In this document: positions 44,456 to 53,811 of the stretch, piece after piece
Layout of the letters: every line of letters starts with the position of its first letter
Position numbering within the stretch: the first letter of the stretch is position 1
Assembly: GCA_963739455.1 (NCBI GenBank)
Contig: CAVUAK010000001.1
Coordinates: 1,024,001-1,088,000, forward strand
DNA length: 64,000 nt
Direction of reading: 5' to 3'
Source: an uncultured Gemmatimonadales bacterium
GTDB taxonomy: Bacteria; Gemmatimonadota; Gemmatimonadetes; Gemmatimonadales; GWC2-71-9
Translations under genes and position numbers: made by a program
The notes under the pieces: model-generated
What the model saw: only the letters and a program-made list of their open reading frames with translations
Told to the model about the DNA's origin: nothing
The model's database searches: none

Positions 44456-46028
44456 TCCCGCGCTGGGCGGCGGCCGGCATCGCGGCGCTTCCGCTGCTCG
44501 CCTCGCGCGTGGCGGCCCAGGCCAGCGAGCCCCAGCCTGGCATCCCGGTGGTGCAGTACGTCGACATCATCCGGGAGGACATCGCCGACACGAACGAAAC
44601 CGGCTTTGCCGCCCGGGCCGCGAATGCGCTGCATATCCGCACCCGCCAGCGCGTAGTCGAGCGTGAGGTGCTGCTCAAGCCGGGCATGCCATACGATTCC
44701 GTCCTCGCCGCGGAAACCGCGCGCAACCTGCGGGCGCTCGGGATCTTCCGGGACGTCCTCGTGGACACGGTGCGGAGCGACAGCGGTCTCACCCTCCGCG
44801 TGGTGACGAAGGACGGCTGGACCACCTTTCCGATCTTCGATATCACCACCGCCGCGGGGCAGTCGGCCTTCGCCTTCGGCATCGCGGAAGCAAATCTTCT
44901 CGGCCTGGCAGCACTCGGACTGGTCCGCTACAGCAGCAATCCTGATCGTACCGCCTGGCTCTTTGCCTACAAGCAACCCCGCATCTTCGCGGGGCGGGTC
45001 AATCTCGGGCTCTCGGTCGAGGAGCGCTCCGATGGCCGCGCCATCTCCGGGCAGCTCGGCATGCCGTTCTATTCCGTGAACGGCCGCTTTGCACTGGGTG
45101 GGGACTTCATCTACTTCGACGGCGACGTGCTCGTGTTCGCCAACGGTATCCTCACCCCGTACCAGACGCTTTCACGCCAGCTCACCGTCGTGCGCGTGGA
45201 CGGGGCCAAGGCGCTCAAGGCTTCACCCAGGGGATATGTGCGGGCCGGCATCACTGCCCAGCTGGAATCGAACTCGTTCCTGCCGACCCCGGTTACGGTG
45301 GCGCGCATCGACACCACCCAGGTTGCCGTGGGTGCGTATATCAGTGCCCTTCGCGCCAAGTTTGCGGTCGTGCAGAACGTGCGCAGCTTCGGCCGGGCGG
45401 AAGACATCGCGATCGGCCCGAGCATTCGTGCCGGCGTGCTCGCCGCGCCCTCGGCGTTCGGCTACGCCGAGAACGGCGTCGGGCCTCCAGCTCGCCGCCT
45501 CGACCGGATTCCGGTTTCCCGGTCGGTCTCGGCAACGTGAGCGCCGCGGTCAACGGCCTCGTCACCGGTTCCGGCGTCGACTCCGGGTCGGTCGTGCTCA
45601 AGGGGAACATCATCGTCCAGCCCAACGTGAAGAACGCCATCATTGTCGGCGGCTTCGTGGGCCGGCAGGAGAACCCTGTTCCCGGAAACCAGTTTGACCT
45701 TGGCCTGGTGTATGGACCGCGCGCGTATCCGCTGCATGCGTTCGTGGGAGACCGGGCGTTCCTGGTGGCCGCCGAGTATCGCTGGACATTCGCCCAGAAT
45801 TTTGCTGGGCTGCTCGGTCTGGCCCTCGGCACCTTCGTGGACTACGGCGGGGCATGGTACTCGGGAGAGGTGCCGCGTACTGGTACCGACTTTGGCGCCG
45901 GGATCCGCTTCGGTCCCAGTCGTTCGGCCGCCCCGGTTCTTTTCCGGCTCGACCTGGCCTATCGCCTCGAGGCGGCGCCGTTCTCGTCCGGCTGGTCGAT
46001 CGTGTTCGGTGAAGGATTCACGTTCTAG
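44452..46028 (+). CDS. POTRA/BamA-like outer-membrane protein (frameshift near 45482)
   Basis: LHIRTRQRVVEREVLLKPG..ETARNLRALGIF POTRA; beta-strand-rich C-terminus ending in F. Confidence 0.75.
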
Positions 46029-46106
46029 GAGGCGTGAGGACGTGAGGACGTGACGCTATCCCTTGCCTTCCAGAACGTTAGATTATGGAACCCTAACCTC
46101 AGGCCT

Positions 46107-46520
46107 ATGACCGCACCCGAAGCACAGCCTTCCGCACCCGCGCCCAAGGCCAAGCGGCGCCGCTGGCCGGTAGTCATCGCCACGTTCCTGATCGTTCCCC
46201 TGCTCCTCTTCGCGATCTACACCTTCTTCGTCGTGAGCTGGAGCTACTCTGACGGTGATCGCGCCGGCACGCTGCAGAAGTTTTCGCGCAAGGGATGGAT
46301 GTGCAAGACGTATGAGGGAGAACTGGCGCTGTACGTCGTCGGTGGGGTTGCACCGCAGATCTGGTACTTCACGGTCCGCGACGAATCGATCATCCGACAG
46401 ATGAGCGACGCGGTGGGCCAGAAGGTCCAGGTTCATTATTCCGAGCATCGCGGGGTGCCAACCGACTGTTTCGGGGACACGCCCTACTGGGTCGACCAGG
46501 TGAAGGTCGTTCCCGAGTGA
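46107..46520 (+). CDS. Conserved single-TM hypothetical protein
   Basis: TM segment then YSDGDRAGTLQKFSRKGWMCKTYEGELAL, a motif I recognise from a widespread uncharacterised family. Confidence 0.75.
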   Translation: MTAPEAQPSAPAPKAKRRRWPVVIATFLIVPLLLFAIYTFFVVSWSYSDGDRAGTLQKFSRKGWMCKTYEGELALYVVGGVAPQIWYFTVRDESIIRQMSDAVGQKVQVHYSEHRGVPTDCFGDTPYWVDQVKVVPE

Positions 46521-46553
46521 GCTCGGGCATGGCCAGCGCGAAGGGAGAGTCTC

Positions 46554-47096
46554 ATGAGCATCCAGCCCGAAGACCTGGCCAAGCGACTCCTGCGTTCCGA
46601 GTGGGAGCGCCTGTCCCATCACGAGCGTGCCGTCATCAGCAAGGTGCTGGAGCGCATCCGCCCGCAGCGCGACATCCACGAGGAGTACCAGGACCAGCGC
46701 ACGTTCGGGGAGCGACTGGCTGACCAGGTTGCCGAACTCGGCGGGTCCTGGGCCTTCATCACCATCTTCCTCCTGTTCCTGTTCGGCTGGGCCATCCTCA
46801 ATACCGTGCTCATGCGACGCTGGGGCAGTGCGTTCGACCCCTATCCGTTCATCTTCCTGAACCTCATTCTCTCGATGGTGGCGGCGATCCAGGCGCCCAT
46901 CATCATGATGTCGCAGAACCGGCAGTCGGTGGTGGATCGCATGGCGGCGGCGAACGACTACGAGGTGAACCTGCGCGCCGAGCTCGGGGTGCGGGCCCTG
47001 ATCGACCGCCTGGATGAACTGCAGCGTGCCCATCAGGAGCAGCTCGAGTTGCTGCGCCGGATCGTGGTGAGCCAGGACGAACCGCCGCCGACCTGA
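46554..47096 (+). CDS. DUF1003 membrane protein
   Basis: TFGERLADQVAELGGSW, FDPYPFIFLNL, QAPIIMMSQNRQ. Confidence 0.9.
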   Translation: MSIQPEDLAKRLLRSEWERLSHHERAVISKVLERIRPQRDIHEEYQDQRTFGERLADQVAELGGSWAFITIFLLFLFGWAILNTVLMRRWGSAFDPYPFIFLNLILSMVAAIQAPIIMMSQNRQSVVDRMAAANDYEVNLRAELGVRALIDRLDELQRAHQEQLELLRRIVVSQDEPPPT

Positions 47097-47241
47097 AGCT
47101 GCTTCCGACCTCCCACTAGCGTCCCTCCCCGTTCGGCCGTATCGTACATAAAATCTTCGGGTTTTATTCGGTTTCCATTAAGCTACATGAGCGCGAGTGG
47201 AGCCTTTGTTGTCTTCGTAAGCAGTTAAACCACAAATACTT

Positions 47242-47982
47242 ATGCAGATAGCCCAGCTTCGCTCCCAGCTTGAACAGGTCATCACCCCGCCACCAGTCGC
47301 GGCCGATGCCCTCCCCACCGGATTCCCGGAACTCGACGCAGCGCTGGGCGGCGGAATTCCGCGCGGGCGGCTCACCGAGCTCATCGGTCCCCTCGGCGCA
47401 GGCACCGCGACGCTGGTTCGCGCGCTGGTGGGCGCGGCGTTGGGCCGGGGGCAGGGTGTCGCCTGCGTCGATGCCTCGCGCACCCTCGATCCAGCCGACT
47501 GGGCGTCGCTCGATTGCGCCTTCCTTCGTGTAGTGCGTCCACGTGATCCGGCGCGCGGCGCCTGGTGTGCCGATGTGCTGCTGCGCAGCGGGGCGTTCAC
47601 GCTCGTGGTGCTCGACAGTGCGCCGCCGCTCACGCGGCAGGTGGCGCTCCGCCTCGTCGGCCTCGCGCGCGACAAGGACGCGGCGTTCGTCGTGGTGGGT
47701 GAGGGATCGGTGTCGCAGGTGGGTGGAGCCGTGCGAATGGAGATGAAACGCCGATGGGGCGGTGGTCAGCGGCGACCATCCGAGCTCACGGTTCTTCGCG
47801 GCGGACTTCGTACCACCATTGAGGTTTCCAGTGTCATCCATCATCCGCGTCGCCTGTGTGCGCATCCCGAAGTTCCCGATCGGCGCGGTGTGGCTGGACG
47901 GCCAGCCGCCGCCCCGGCGGTCGGCCGGGGCGACAAGCGATGGAAGGGGGCGCGCAACGGGGGACGCGTCCCCGGGAAATAA
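47242..47982 (+). CDS. imuA: ImuA (RecA-like accessory of the mutagenesis cassette)
   Basis: LPTGFPELDAALGGGIPRGRLTELIG, degenerate Walker A (GAGTAT), DVLLRSGAF; upstream of imuB and dnaE2. Confidence 0.85.
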   Translation: MQIAQLRSQLEQVITPPPVAADALPTGFPELDAALGGGIPRGRLTELIGPLGAGTATLVRALVGAALGRGQGVACVDASRTLDPADWASLDCAFLRVVRPRDPARGAWCADVLLRSGAFTLVVLDSAPPLTRQVALRLVGLARDKDAAFVVVGEGSVSQVGGAVRMEMKRRWGGGQRRPSELTVLRGGLRTTIEVSSVIHHPRRLCAHPEVPDRRGVAGRPAAAPAVGRGDKRWKGARNGGRVPGK

Positions 47983-49415
47983 GCCGTCGCACTGGGACGA
48001 GCACGCCATCGCGCTCACCCTCAACGACCGCGTGCTCGTCGCCACCACGCAGGCCGCGACGCTCGGCGTACGGAACGGCATGACCATCCCCGCGGCTCGC
48101 GCCATCTGCGCCGGGCTCGAGGTGCGTCCATGGGATGACCGCGCTGTCGGTCGCGCCATGCACCAGGTCACCGCCGCCTGCCTCGCACTCAGCCCGCAGG
48201 TCACCCCGGCACGTCCCGGCCTCTGGTGGATCGGTGCGCATGGACTCGACGGTCATGGCGGCGAGCGCGGCCTCATCCGTTCACTCCTCGCGCTGGTCGC
48301 GGCGATGGCATCCCGATGCGCGCGTCGCCGTGGCCTCGAGTTGCATCGCGGCATACGTCGCCACCTGGCTTCGTGGAGCCGGGCGCATCGTGCCGAGCGG
48401 TGGAGACCAGGCGCTGCTCGCCCACGCACCTCTCTCGCTTCTTCCCATGGACGCCGAGCTGCGCGAAACGCTCACGGCACTCGGCCTTGGTACGGCGGGG
48501 CAGTTCGCCGCCCTCGATGCCGGTGACGTGGAGCAGCGCTTCGGTCCCGCCGGCCTCGCGGCCTGGCGCCTGTCGCGGGGCGAGGACCAACGTCGTCCCA
48601 CCCTCGCGCTCCCCGTGCCCGATGACACCGTGGCCATCGAGCTTCCGACCTCCGCCGAGACACTCGAACCGGTGCTCTTCCTGGTGCGTGCGGCGCTGGG
48701 CCGGTTGATCACGCAGGTTGCAAGTGACGGGATGGCGGTGGCGGCACTGGAAGTGGAACTGAAGCTCGATGAGTCGCCTGCCCGGTCGGCTTCGCGCCGC
48801 ATCGCCCTGGCGTTTCCCCTTGCCCGCCTGGAACCCCTCTTCGAGCAGTGCCGAGCGGTGCTCGAGGACTGGACGCTCGAGGCACCGGTGCTCGGCGTTG
48901 TCGTGCGCATCACCGAGCGCGCACGGCCTTCCGGTGAGCAGGGCGACCTGCTGCGCACCGGCTGGCGTGATCCTGCGGCGGCGGAAGCGGCGTTCGCGCG
49001 ACTGCGCGCGGCGCTGGGTGTCGACACCGTGGTGCGCCCCGCATCCCGCGATGGATTCGCACCCGAGCGGCGCGGTGCCTGGGAGGAAGGGCGCTATCAG
49101 GAGATGAAGTCACCTGCCGCCTTGCCGCCCCTGTCGCGAGGAGCCCGCGAAGCGAGCGACGTGGCGATCCCCGTCATCCTGCCGCCCTCCTGCGCCTCCT
49201 CGAGCCGCCCGAGCGCATCGACGTCGATGCCGACCGCCTTCACCTGGCGTGGGCGACGCTGGCCCATCTCCGAGCGGGGCAGCGTGGAGCGCCTCTCCGG
49301 CGACTGGTGGGCATCGCCCTATTCCCGCGAATACTCCTCGTGGACCAGTGAGGCCACGGCGTTCGTGGTGTTCCTGAGCGGGGGGACGTGGAGCGTTCAC
49401 GGGTGGTATGACTGA
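47831..49415 (+). CDS. imuB: ImuB (inactive Y-family polymerase; frameshifts near 48300 and 49190)
   Basis: RVACVRIPKFP, GVRNGMTIPAARAIC, QGDLL clamp-binding-like motif, ERLSGDWW..REY, VHGWYD C-terminus. Confidence 0.85.
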
Positions 49416-52400
49416 CACCGTCGATCCATCCGGGTACGTCGAGCTGCACTGCCACTCCTGCTTTTCCCTCCTCGATGGGGCGGCATCACCCGAGGGACTG
49501 GTCGATCGCGCCCACGGGCTTGGCCAGCGCGCGCTCGCGCTCACCGATCACGCCGACCTGGGCGGCGCCGTGCGGTTCTCCGAGGCGGGGCGCGCGCGCG
49601 GTGTAGAGACGATCATCGGGGCGGAACTCGACATGAGCGGGAACAGGGAACAGGGAACAGGGAACAGGATTTCTCTGGTGCTGCTGGCCGAGTCGGCCGT
49701 CGGTTACGCCAACATCTCCACCCTGATCACCCGCGCGCGCATGGATTGCCCGCGCGGCGAGCCTGCCGTGCCCCTCGACCTGCTCGCGCGCCATGCCGAT
49801 GGCGTCACCGCCCTCACCGGGGGCCCGCACGGATGGGTGCCGTCACTCCTCGCCGCTGGTGACGTAGACGGCGCCCGCCGTGCCGCGCGCGCGCTCCGCG
49901 ATATCTACGGCGACCACCTCGTCATCGAGTGCTGGGATCACGGACTTCCCGAGGAGCGAGCGATCGTGACGCAGCTCATTCCCCTCGCTGGGTGGCTCGG
50001 CGTGCCCTGGGTCGTGGCGAATGACGTGCACTACGCCCGGCCGCAGGATCGCCGGGTGCACGATGTGCTCACGGCGCTGCGGCACAAGTCCACCCTCGAC
50101 CAGATGGGCACGCGCCTCCGTCCCAATGGCGAGTGGTACCTCAAGTCGGCGGCGCAGATGTCACGTCGCTGGCGACATGCCCCCGAGGGTGTCCACGCCA
50201 CGCGCGCCATCGCCGAGCGGTGCGCCTTCCGGCTGAGGCAGCTCCGCCCCACGCTTCCGGCGTTCCCCCTCCCACCCGGTGTAGGAGAGGACGAGTACCT
50301 CGAACGCCTGGCGACCCAGGGGCTCGACGAGCGCCTGAAGCCCTCTCACGACTCACGACTCACGACGCACGACTCGTCGGCGCACCGCACCCAACTCGCC
50401 CACGAGCTCACCATCATCGCGCGCCTCAAGCTGGCCGGTTTCTTCCTCATCGTGTGGGATATCGTGCGCTTCGCGCGGCGCAGCGGGATCCTCTGCCAGG
50501 GCCGCGGGTCCGCCGCCAACTCAGTGGTCTGTTACTGCCTCGGCATCACGGCGGTCGATCCGGTGAAGATGAACCTCCTCTTCGAGCGCTTCCTGAGCGA
50601 GGAACGCGCGGAGCCGCCCGATATCGACCTCGACATCGCGCATCGCGAGCGGGAGCGGGTGCTCCAGTACGTCTACGAGCGCTATGGCCGCGAGCACGCA
50701 GCAATGGTGTGCGAGCAGATCAGCTGGCGGGGTCGCAGCGCCGTGCGCGACAGCGCGCGCGTGCTCGGCTTCAGCGTGCAGCAAGCCGAGGCAATCGCGG
50801 CATTCAGCGATCGCTTCTCGGCGAAGGCCACGGCGGCAGCGCTGCGTGGGCGCGCGGTGGCCGATGCGTACACCCAGGACAATCCGGAGTGCGCGGAAGA
50901 CAGCGGCAAGAAGGAAGGTGATGACGACCTGGCCTTCTTCAGCCCCAGTTCCATTCGCCGCCGTGACGCCGATAAACGGGCGCTGGCTAGCACGCTGGGT
51001 CAGCAGATGATTCCCGGCACCGAGGCGAAGACAAAGGCAGACGCCGTCAAGCGGGAGGTGTATCTCGATCCCCACGCCGACCAGGACCACGTCGAGCGCC
51101 GCAACCCGGTTACCTCACTCCTCGGCTCCACCGAGGCGACCTCCGTCCTCACCAAGGCAGGCCTCGATCCGGCTGACCCGCGCGTCGCCCTGCTCGCCGA
51201 CCTGGTGGAGGGGCTGCACCAGCTTCCTCGCCATCGATCGATTCACGTGGGCGGCTTCGTGCTGAGTCGCGAGCCGTTGTCGCGCATCGTGCCCATCGAG
51301 CCGGCGTCGATGCCGGGCCGTACCGTGATCCAGTGGGAAAAAGACGATCTCGATCCCGTCGGCCTGGTGAAGATCGACCTCCTCGGGCTCGGCATGCTCA
51401 CGCTGCTGCAGGACTGCCTGCTCTACATCAGGCGCACGCGCGGTGTCTCGCTCGACCTCGGCACCATCCCCGTCGACGACCAGGCAGTGTACGACGACCT
51501 CTGCCGCGCCGACACCATCGGGCTCTTCCAGGTGGAGAGCCGCGCGCAGATGAACACCCTGCCACGCATGAAGCCGCGGGCCTTCTACGATCTTGTCGTC
51601 GAGGTGGCACTCATCCGCCCCGGGCCCATCCAGGGCGACATGGTGCATCCCTTCCTGCGGCGCCGCGCCGGGCTCGAGGAGGTTACCTACCCGCATCCCT
51701 CGCTCGAGCCGGCGCTCAAGCGCACCCTCGGTGTGCCGCTCTTCCAGGAGCAGGGTATGCAGGTGGCCATCGCCGCCGCGGGGTTCACGCCCGGCCAGGC
51801 CGACGAACTGCGCCGCGCCATGGGACACAAGCGGTCCCATGAGCGCATGGCCGGGATCGCGGAGCAACTGGTGGAGGGGATGGCCAAGAACGGCATCGAT
51901 GCCGACACGGCGCGGAGGATCTACCAGCAGATCAATGCCTTTGCCGACTACGGATTTCCCGAGAGCCATGCCGCGAGCTTCGCGCTGCTGGTGTATGCGT
52001 CAGCATATCTCCGGCACTACTACCCGCCCGAATACACCGCAGCGATCCTCAACGCGCAGCCGATGGGTTTCTACTCGCCGGGAACACTCGTGGAAGATGC
52101 GCGCCGGCACGGCGTGGAGGTGCGACCGGTGGACGCGCTGCAAAGCGGTTGGGATGCGACGCTGCAACAGGACGGCAAGGCGGCAAGGCGGCAAGGCGGC
52201 AGGAGTGAACCGGCCGTTCGGCTGGGATTCCGTTCCATTCGCGGACTCGGCACAGCAGCCCGGGAGAAGATCGAGCGGGCCCTCAACGAGCGGCCATTCA
52301 GTTCCGTCGCCGATGTGGTGATACGCACCGGGCTCGATCGTGGTGCCCTGCGCTCCCTGGCGGAATCGGGTGCGCTCGATTGCCTGGTGGCGCATGAATC

Positions 52401-52980
52401 ACCGGAACGGCGCCGGCGCATGGCACTATGGGAAGTATTGCGCGCCGAGCGTGGCGTTGCGGGCCCTCTTGCCGTCCTGCCGCCTTGCCGCCCTGCCGCC
52501 TTCCTTCCTCCCATGACGCCTTACGAGGTGACCGAAGCGGATTACCGCATGACGGCGCTCTCACTCAACGGTCACCCCATGGCGCATCTTCGAGCAGAAA
52601 TGAAGCGGCTGGGTGTGGCGTGCGCACGGGATCTTGGCGGTGACCTGAGCACATCTGCCGCCTCGCCGCCTTGTCATCCTGCCGCTCCCCGCGATGGCGA
52701 CACCGTCCTTGTTGCCGGCCTCGTCATCTGCCGCCAGCGGCCCGGCACCGCCAAGGGGTTTGTCTTCCTCACACTCGAGGACGAGACCGGCCTGGTGAAT
52801 GTCGTCGTGACGCCGAAGCGCTTCGAGCAACAGGCGCTGCTCATCGCCCGGAGCCCGCTGCTGCTGATACGCGGGACCTTGCAGATCGAGGGACGTGTGG
52901 TGAACGTGCGCGGGGAGGAATTCCGCCTCCTCAATGCTCCCGTTGGTGCCGAGCATGCCCGTCGGCACGATTTTCACTGA
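49408..52980 (+). CDS. dnaE2: Error-prone DNA polymerase DnaE2 (ImuC)
   Basis: YVELHCHSCFSLLDGAASP PHP, GRGSAANS, PPDIDLD, KIDLLGL, YGFPESHA, RQRPGTAKG, C-terminal RRHDFH (SRDFH-type tail). Confidence 0.96.
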   Translation: MTDTVDPSGYVELHCHSCFSLLDGAASPEGLVDRAHGLGQRALALTDHADLGGAVRFSEAGRARGVETIIGAELDMSGNREQGTGNRISLVLLAESAVGYANISTLITRARMDCPRGEPAVPLDLLARHADGVTALTGGPHGWVPSLLAAGDVDGARRAARALRDIYGDHLVIECWDHGLPEERAIVTQLIPLAGWLGVPWVVANDVHYARPQDRRVHDVLTALRHKSTLDQMGTRLRPNGEWYLKSAAQMSRRWRHAPEGVHATRAIAERCAFRLRQLRPTLPAFPLPPGVGEDEYLERLATQGLDERLKPSHDSRLTTHDSSAHRTQLAHELTIIARLKLAGFFLIVWDIVRFARRSGILCQGRGSAANSVVCYCLGITAVDPVKMNLLFERFLSEERAEPPDIDLDIAHRERERVLQYVYERYGREHAAMVCEQISWRGRSAVRDSARVLGFSVQQAEAIAAFSDRFSAKATAAALRGRAVADAYTQDNPECAEDSGKKEGDDDLAFFSPSSIRRRDADKRALASTLGQQMIPGTEAKTKADAVKREVYLDPHADQDHVERRNPVTSLLGSTEATSVLTKAGLDPADPRVALLADLVEGLHQLPRHRSIHVGGFVLSREPLSRIVPIEPASMPGRTVIQWEKDDLDPVGLVKIDLLGLGMLTLLQDCLLYIRRTRGVSLDLGTIPVDDQAVYDDLCRADTIGLFQVESRAQMNTLPRMKPRAFYDLVVEVALIRPGPIQGDMVHPFLRRRAGLEEVTYPHPSLEPALKRTLGVPLFQEQGMQVAIAAAGFTPGQADELRRAMGHKRSHERMAGIAEQLVEGMAKNGIDADTARRIYQQINAFADYGFPESHAASFALLVYASAYLRHYYPPEYTAAILNAQPMGFYSPGTLVEDARRHGVEVRPVDALQSGWDATLQQDGKAARRQGGRSEPAVRLGFRSIRGLGTAAREKIERALNERPFSSVADVVIRTGLDRGALRSLAESGALDCLVAHESPERRRRMALWEVLRAERGVAGPLAVLPPCRPAAFLPPMTPYEVTEADYRMTALSLNGHPMAHLRAEMKRLGVACARDLGGDLSTSAASPPCHPAAPRDGDTVLVAGLVICRQRPGTAKGFVFLTLEDETGLVNVVVTPKRFEQQALLIARSPLLLIRGTLQIEGRVVNVRGEEFRLLNAPVGAEHARRHDFH
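49639..49666 (+). repeat. (GGGAACA)x4 tandem repeat inside dnaE2
   Basis: Direct read; translated as GNREQGTGNR. Confidence 0.9.
50345..50375 (+). repeat. (CTCACGA)x~4 tandem repeat inside dnaE2
   Basis: CTCACGA CTCACGA CTCACGA CGCACGA; translated as SHDSRLTTHDS. Confidence 0.9.
52171..52202 (+). repeat. (GGCGGCAA)x~4 tandem repeat inside dnaE2
   Basis: GACGGCAA GGCGGCAA GGCGGCAA GGCGGCAG; translated as DGKAARRQGGR. Confidence 0.85.
52469..52500 (+). repeat. (YTGCCGCC)x~4 tandem repeat inside dnaE2, inverse of 52171-52202
   Basis: TTGCCGTC CTGCCGCC TTGCCGCC CTGCCGCC. Confidence 0.85.
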
Positions 52981-53005
52981 AGAAGTCTTCACGCAGGATC
53001 CAGCC

Positions 53006-53800
53006 CTGACCCGAACCCTCCTGCGAAATCTGTGGTGCCTTCTCCTTGCCGCGACCGGAACGATCACGCCCGCCATCGCGGCAGCCCAGGATTCCGCCGC
53101 AGTTGCGTCACCGCAATCGGCGGTGGCGCCAGACAGCCTCAAGCGCACGCCTTCCATCAAGCTCTGGCAGGTCGGCGCCGTCGTGGCCGGCGGTGTCCTC
53201 ACGATGGCCCTGGTGGATGCGCCGGTCCAGGAATGGACCGCCAACCCGGATCACGGCAGCACCACGGGCGATGACATCGCCAACGTCGCGCAGTACTTCG
53301 GGCAGGCGGAGGTGGTACTCCCGGTCACCGGCGGACTCATCCTGGTCGGATTGATCGCGAAGAAGCCCGGCGTGCTGCACGCCGGCTACCGCGTCGGTGC
53401 ATCAGTCGTCGTGGCCAGCGTGCTGACACAGGTCTTCAAGTACTCGCTCGGCCGCGTGCGACCCTACGATACCAGCAACGAGTGGGACTTCCAGCCCTTC
53501 AGCGGGGCCAACTCGATGTGGTCAGGCCATACCGCGACGGCATTCGCTTTCGCGACGGCGCTCTCGCAGGAGATCCACCGGCCGTGGGCCACGGTCGGAC
53601 TGTATACCCTCGCAACCGGCACCGCCTGGTCTCGGGTGTACAACAACGAGCACTGGGTAAGCGATGTGGTGATTGGTGCGGTGGTGGGAATTGCCTCAGC
53701 CAAGCTCGCGACCGGCCGGTGGACCATCTTCGGGCTGCGCGCCCCCATGCCGCTGGCGACGAGCAACGGGCTCGGCCTCATGTGGCATGGGACCTTCTAG
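53006..53800 (+). CDS. PAP2-family phosphatase (start uncertain)
   Basis: KYSLGRVRP, SMWSGHTA, SRVYNNEHWVSDV: the three PAP2 motifs. Confidence 0.85.
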   Translation: MTRTLLRNLWCLLLAATGTITPAIAAAQDSAAVASPQSAVAPDSLKRTPSIKLWQVGAVVAGGVLTMALVDAPVQEWTANPDHGSTTGDDIANVAQYFGQAEVVLPVTGGLILVGLIAKKPGVLHAGYRVGASVVVASVLTQVFKYSLGRVRPYDTSNEWDFQPFSGANSMWSGHTATAFAFATALSQEIHRPWATVGLYTLATGTAWSRVYNNEHWVSDVVIGAVVGIASAKLATGRWTIFGLRAPMPLATSNGLGLMWHGTF

Positions 53801-53811
53801 TGCACGCGGGC

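Noticed and set aside
50845..51155. Intein in DnaE2
   Set aside because: No splice-junction residues or homing-endonuclease motifs; kept as an unexplained insertion.
49639..52690. CRISPR array interpretation of the short repeats
   Set aside because: Units are 7-8 bp, contiguous, have no spacers, and no cas genes are present.
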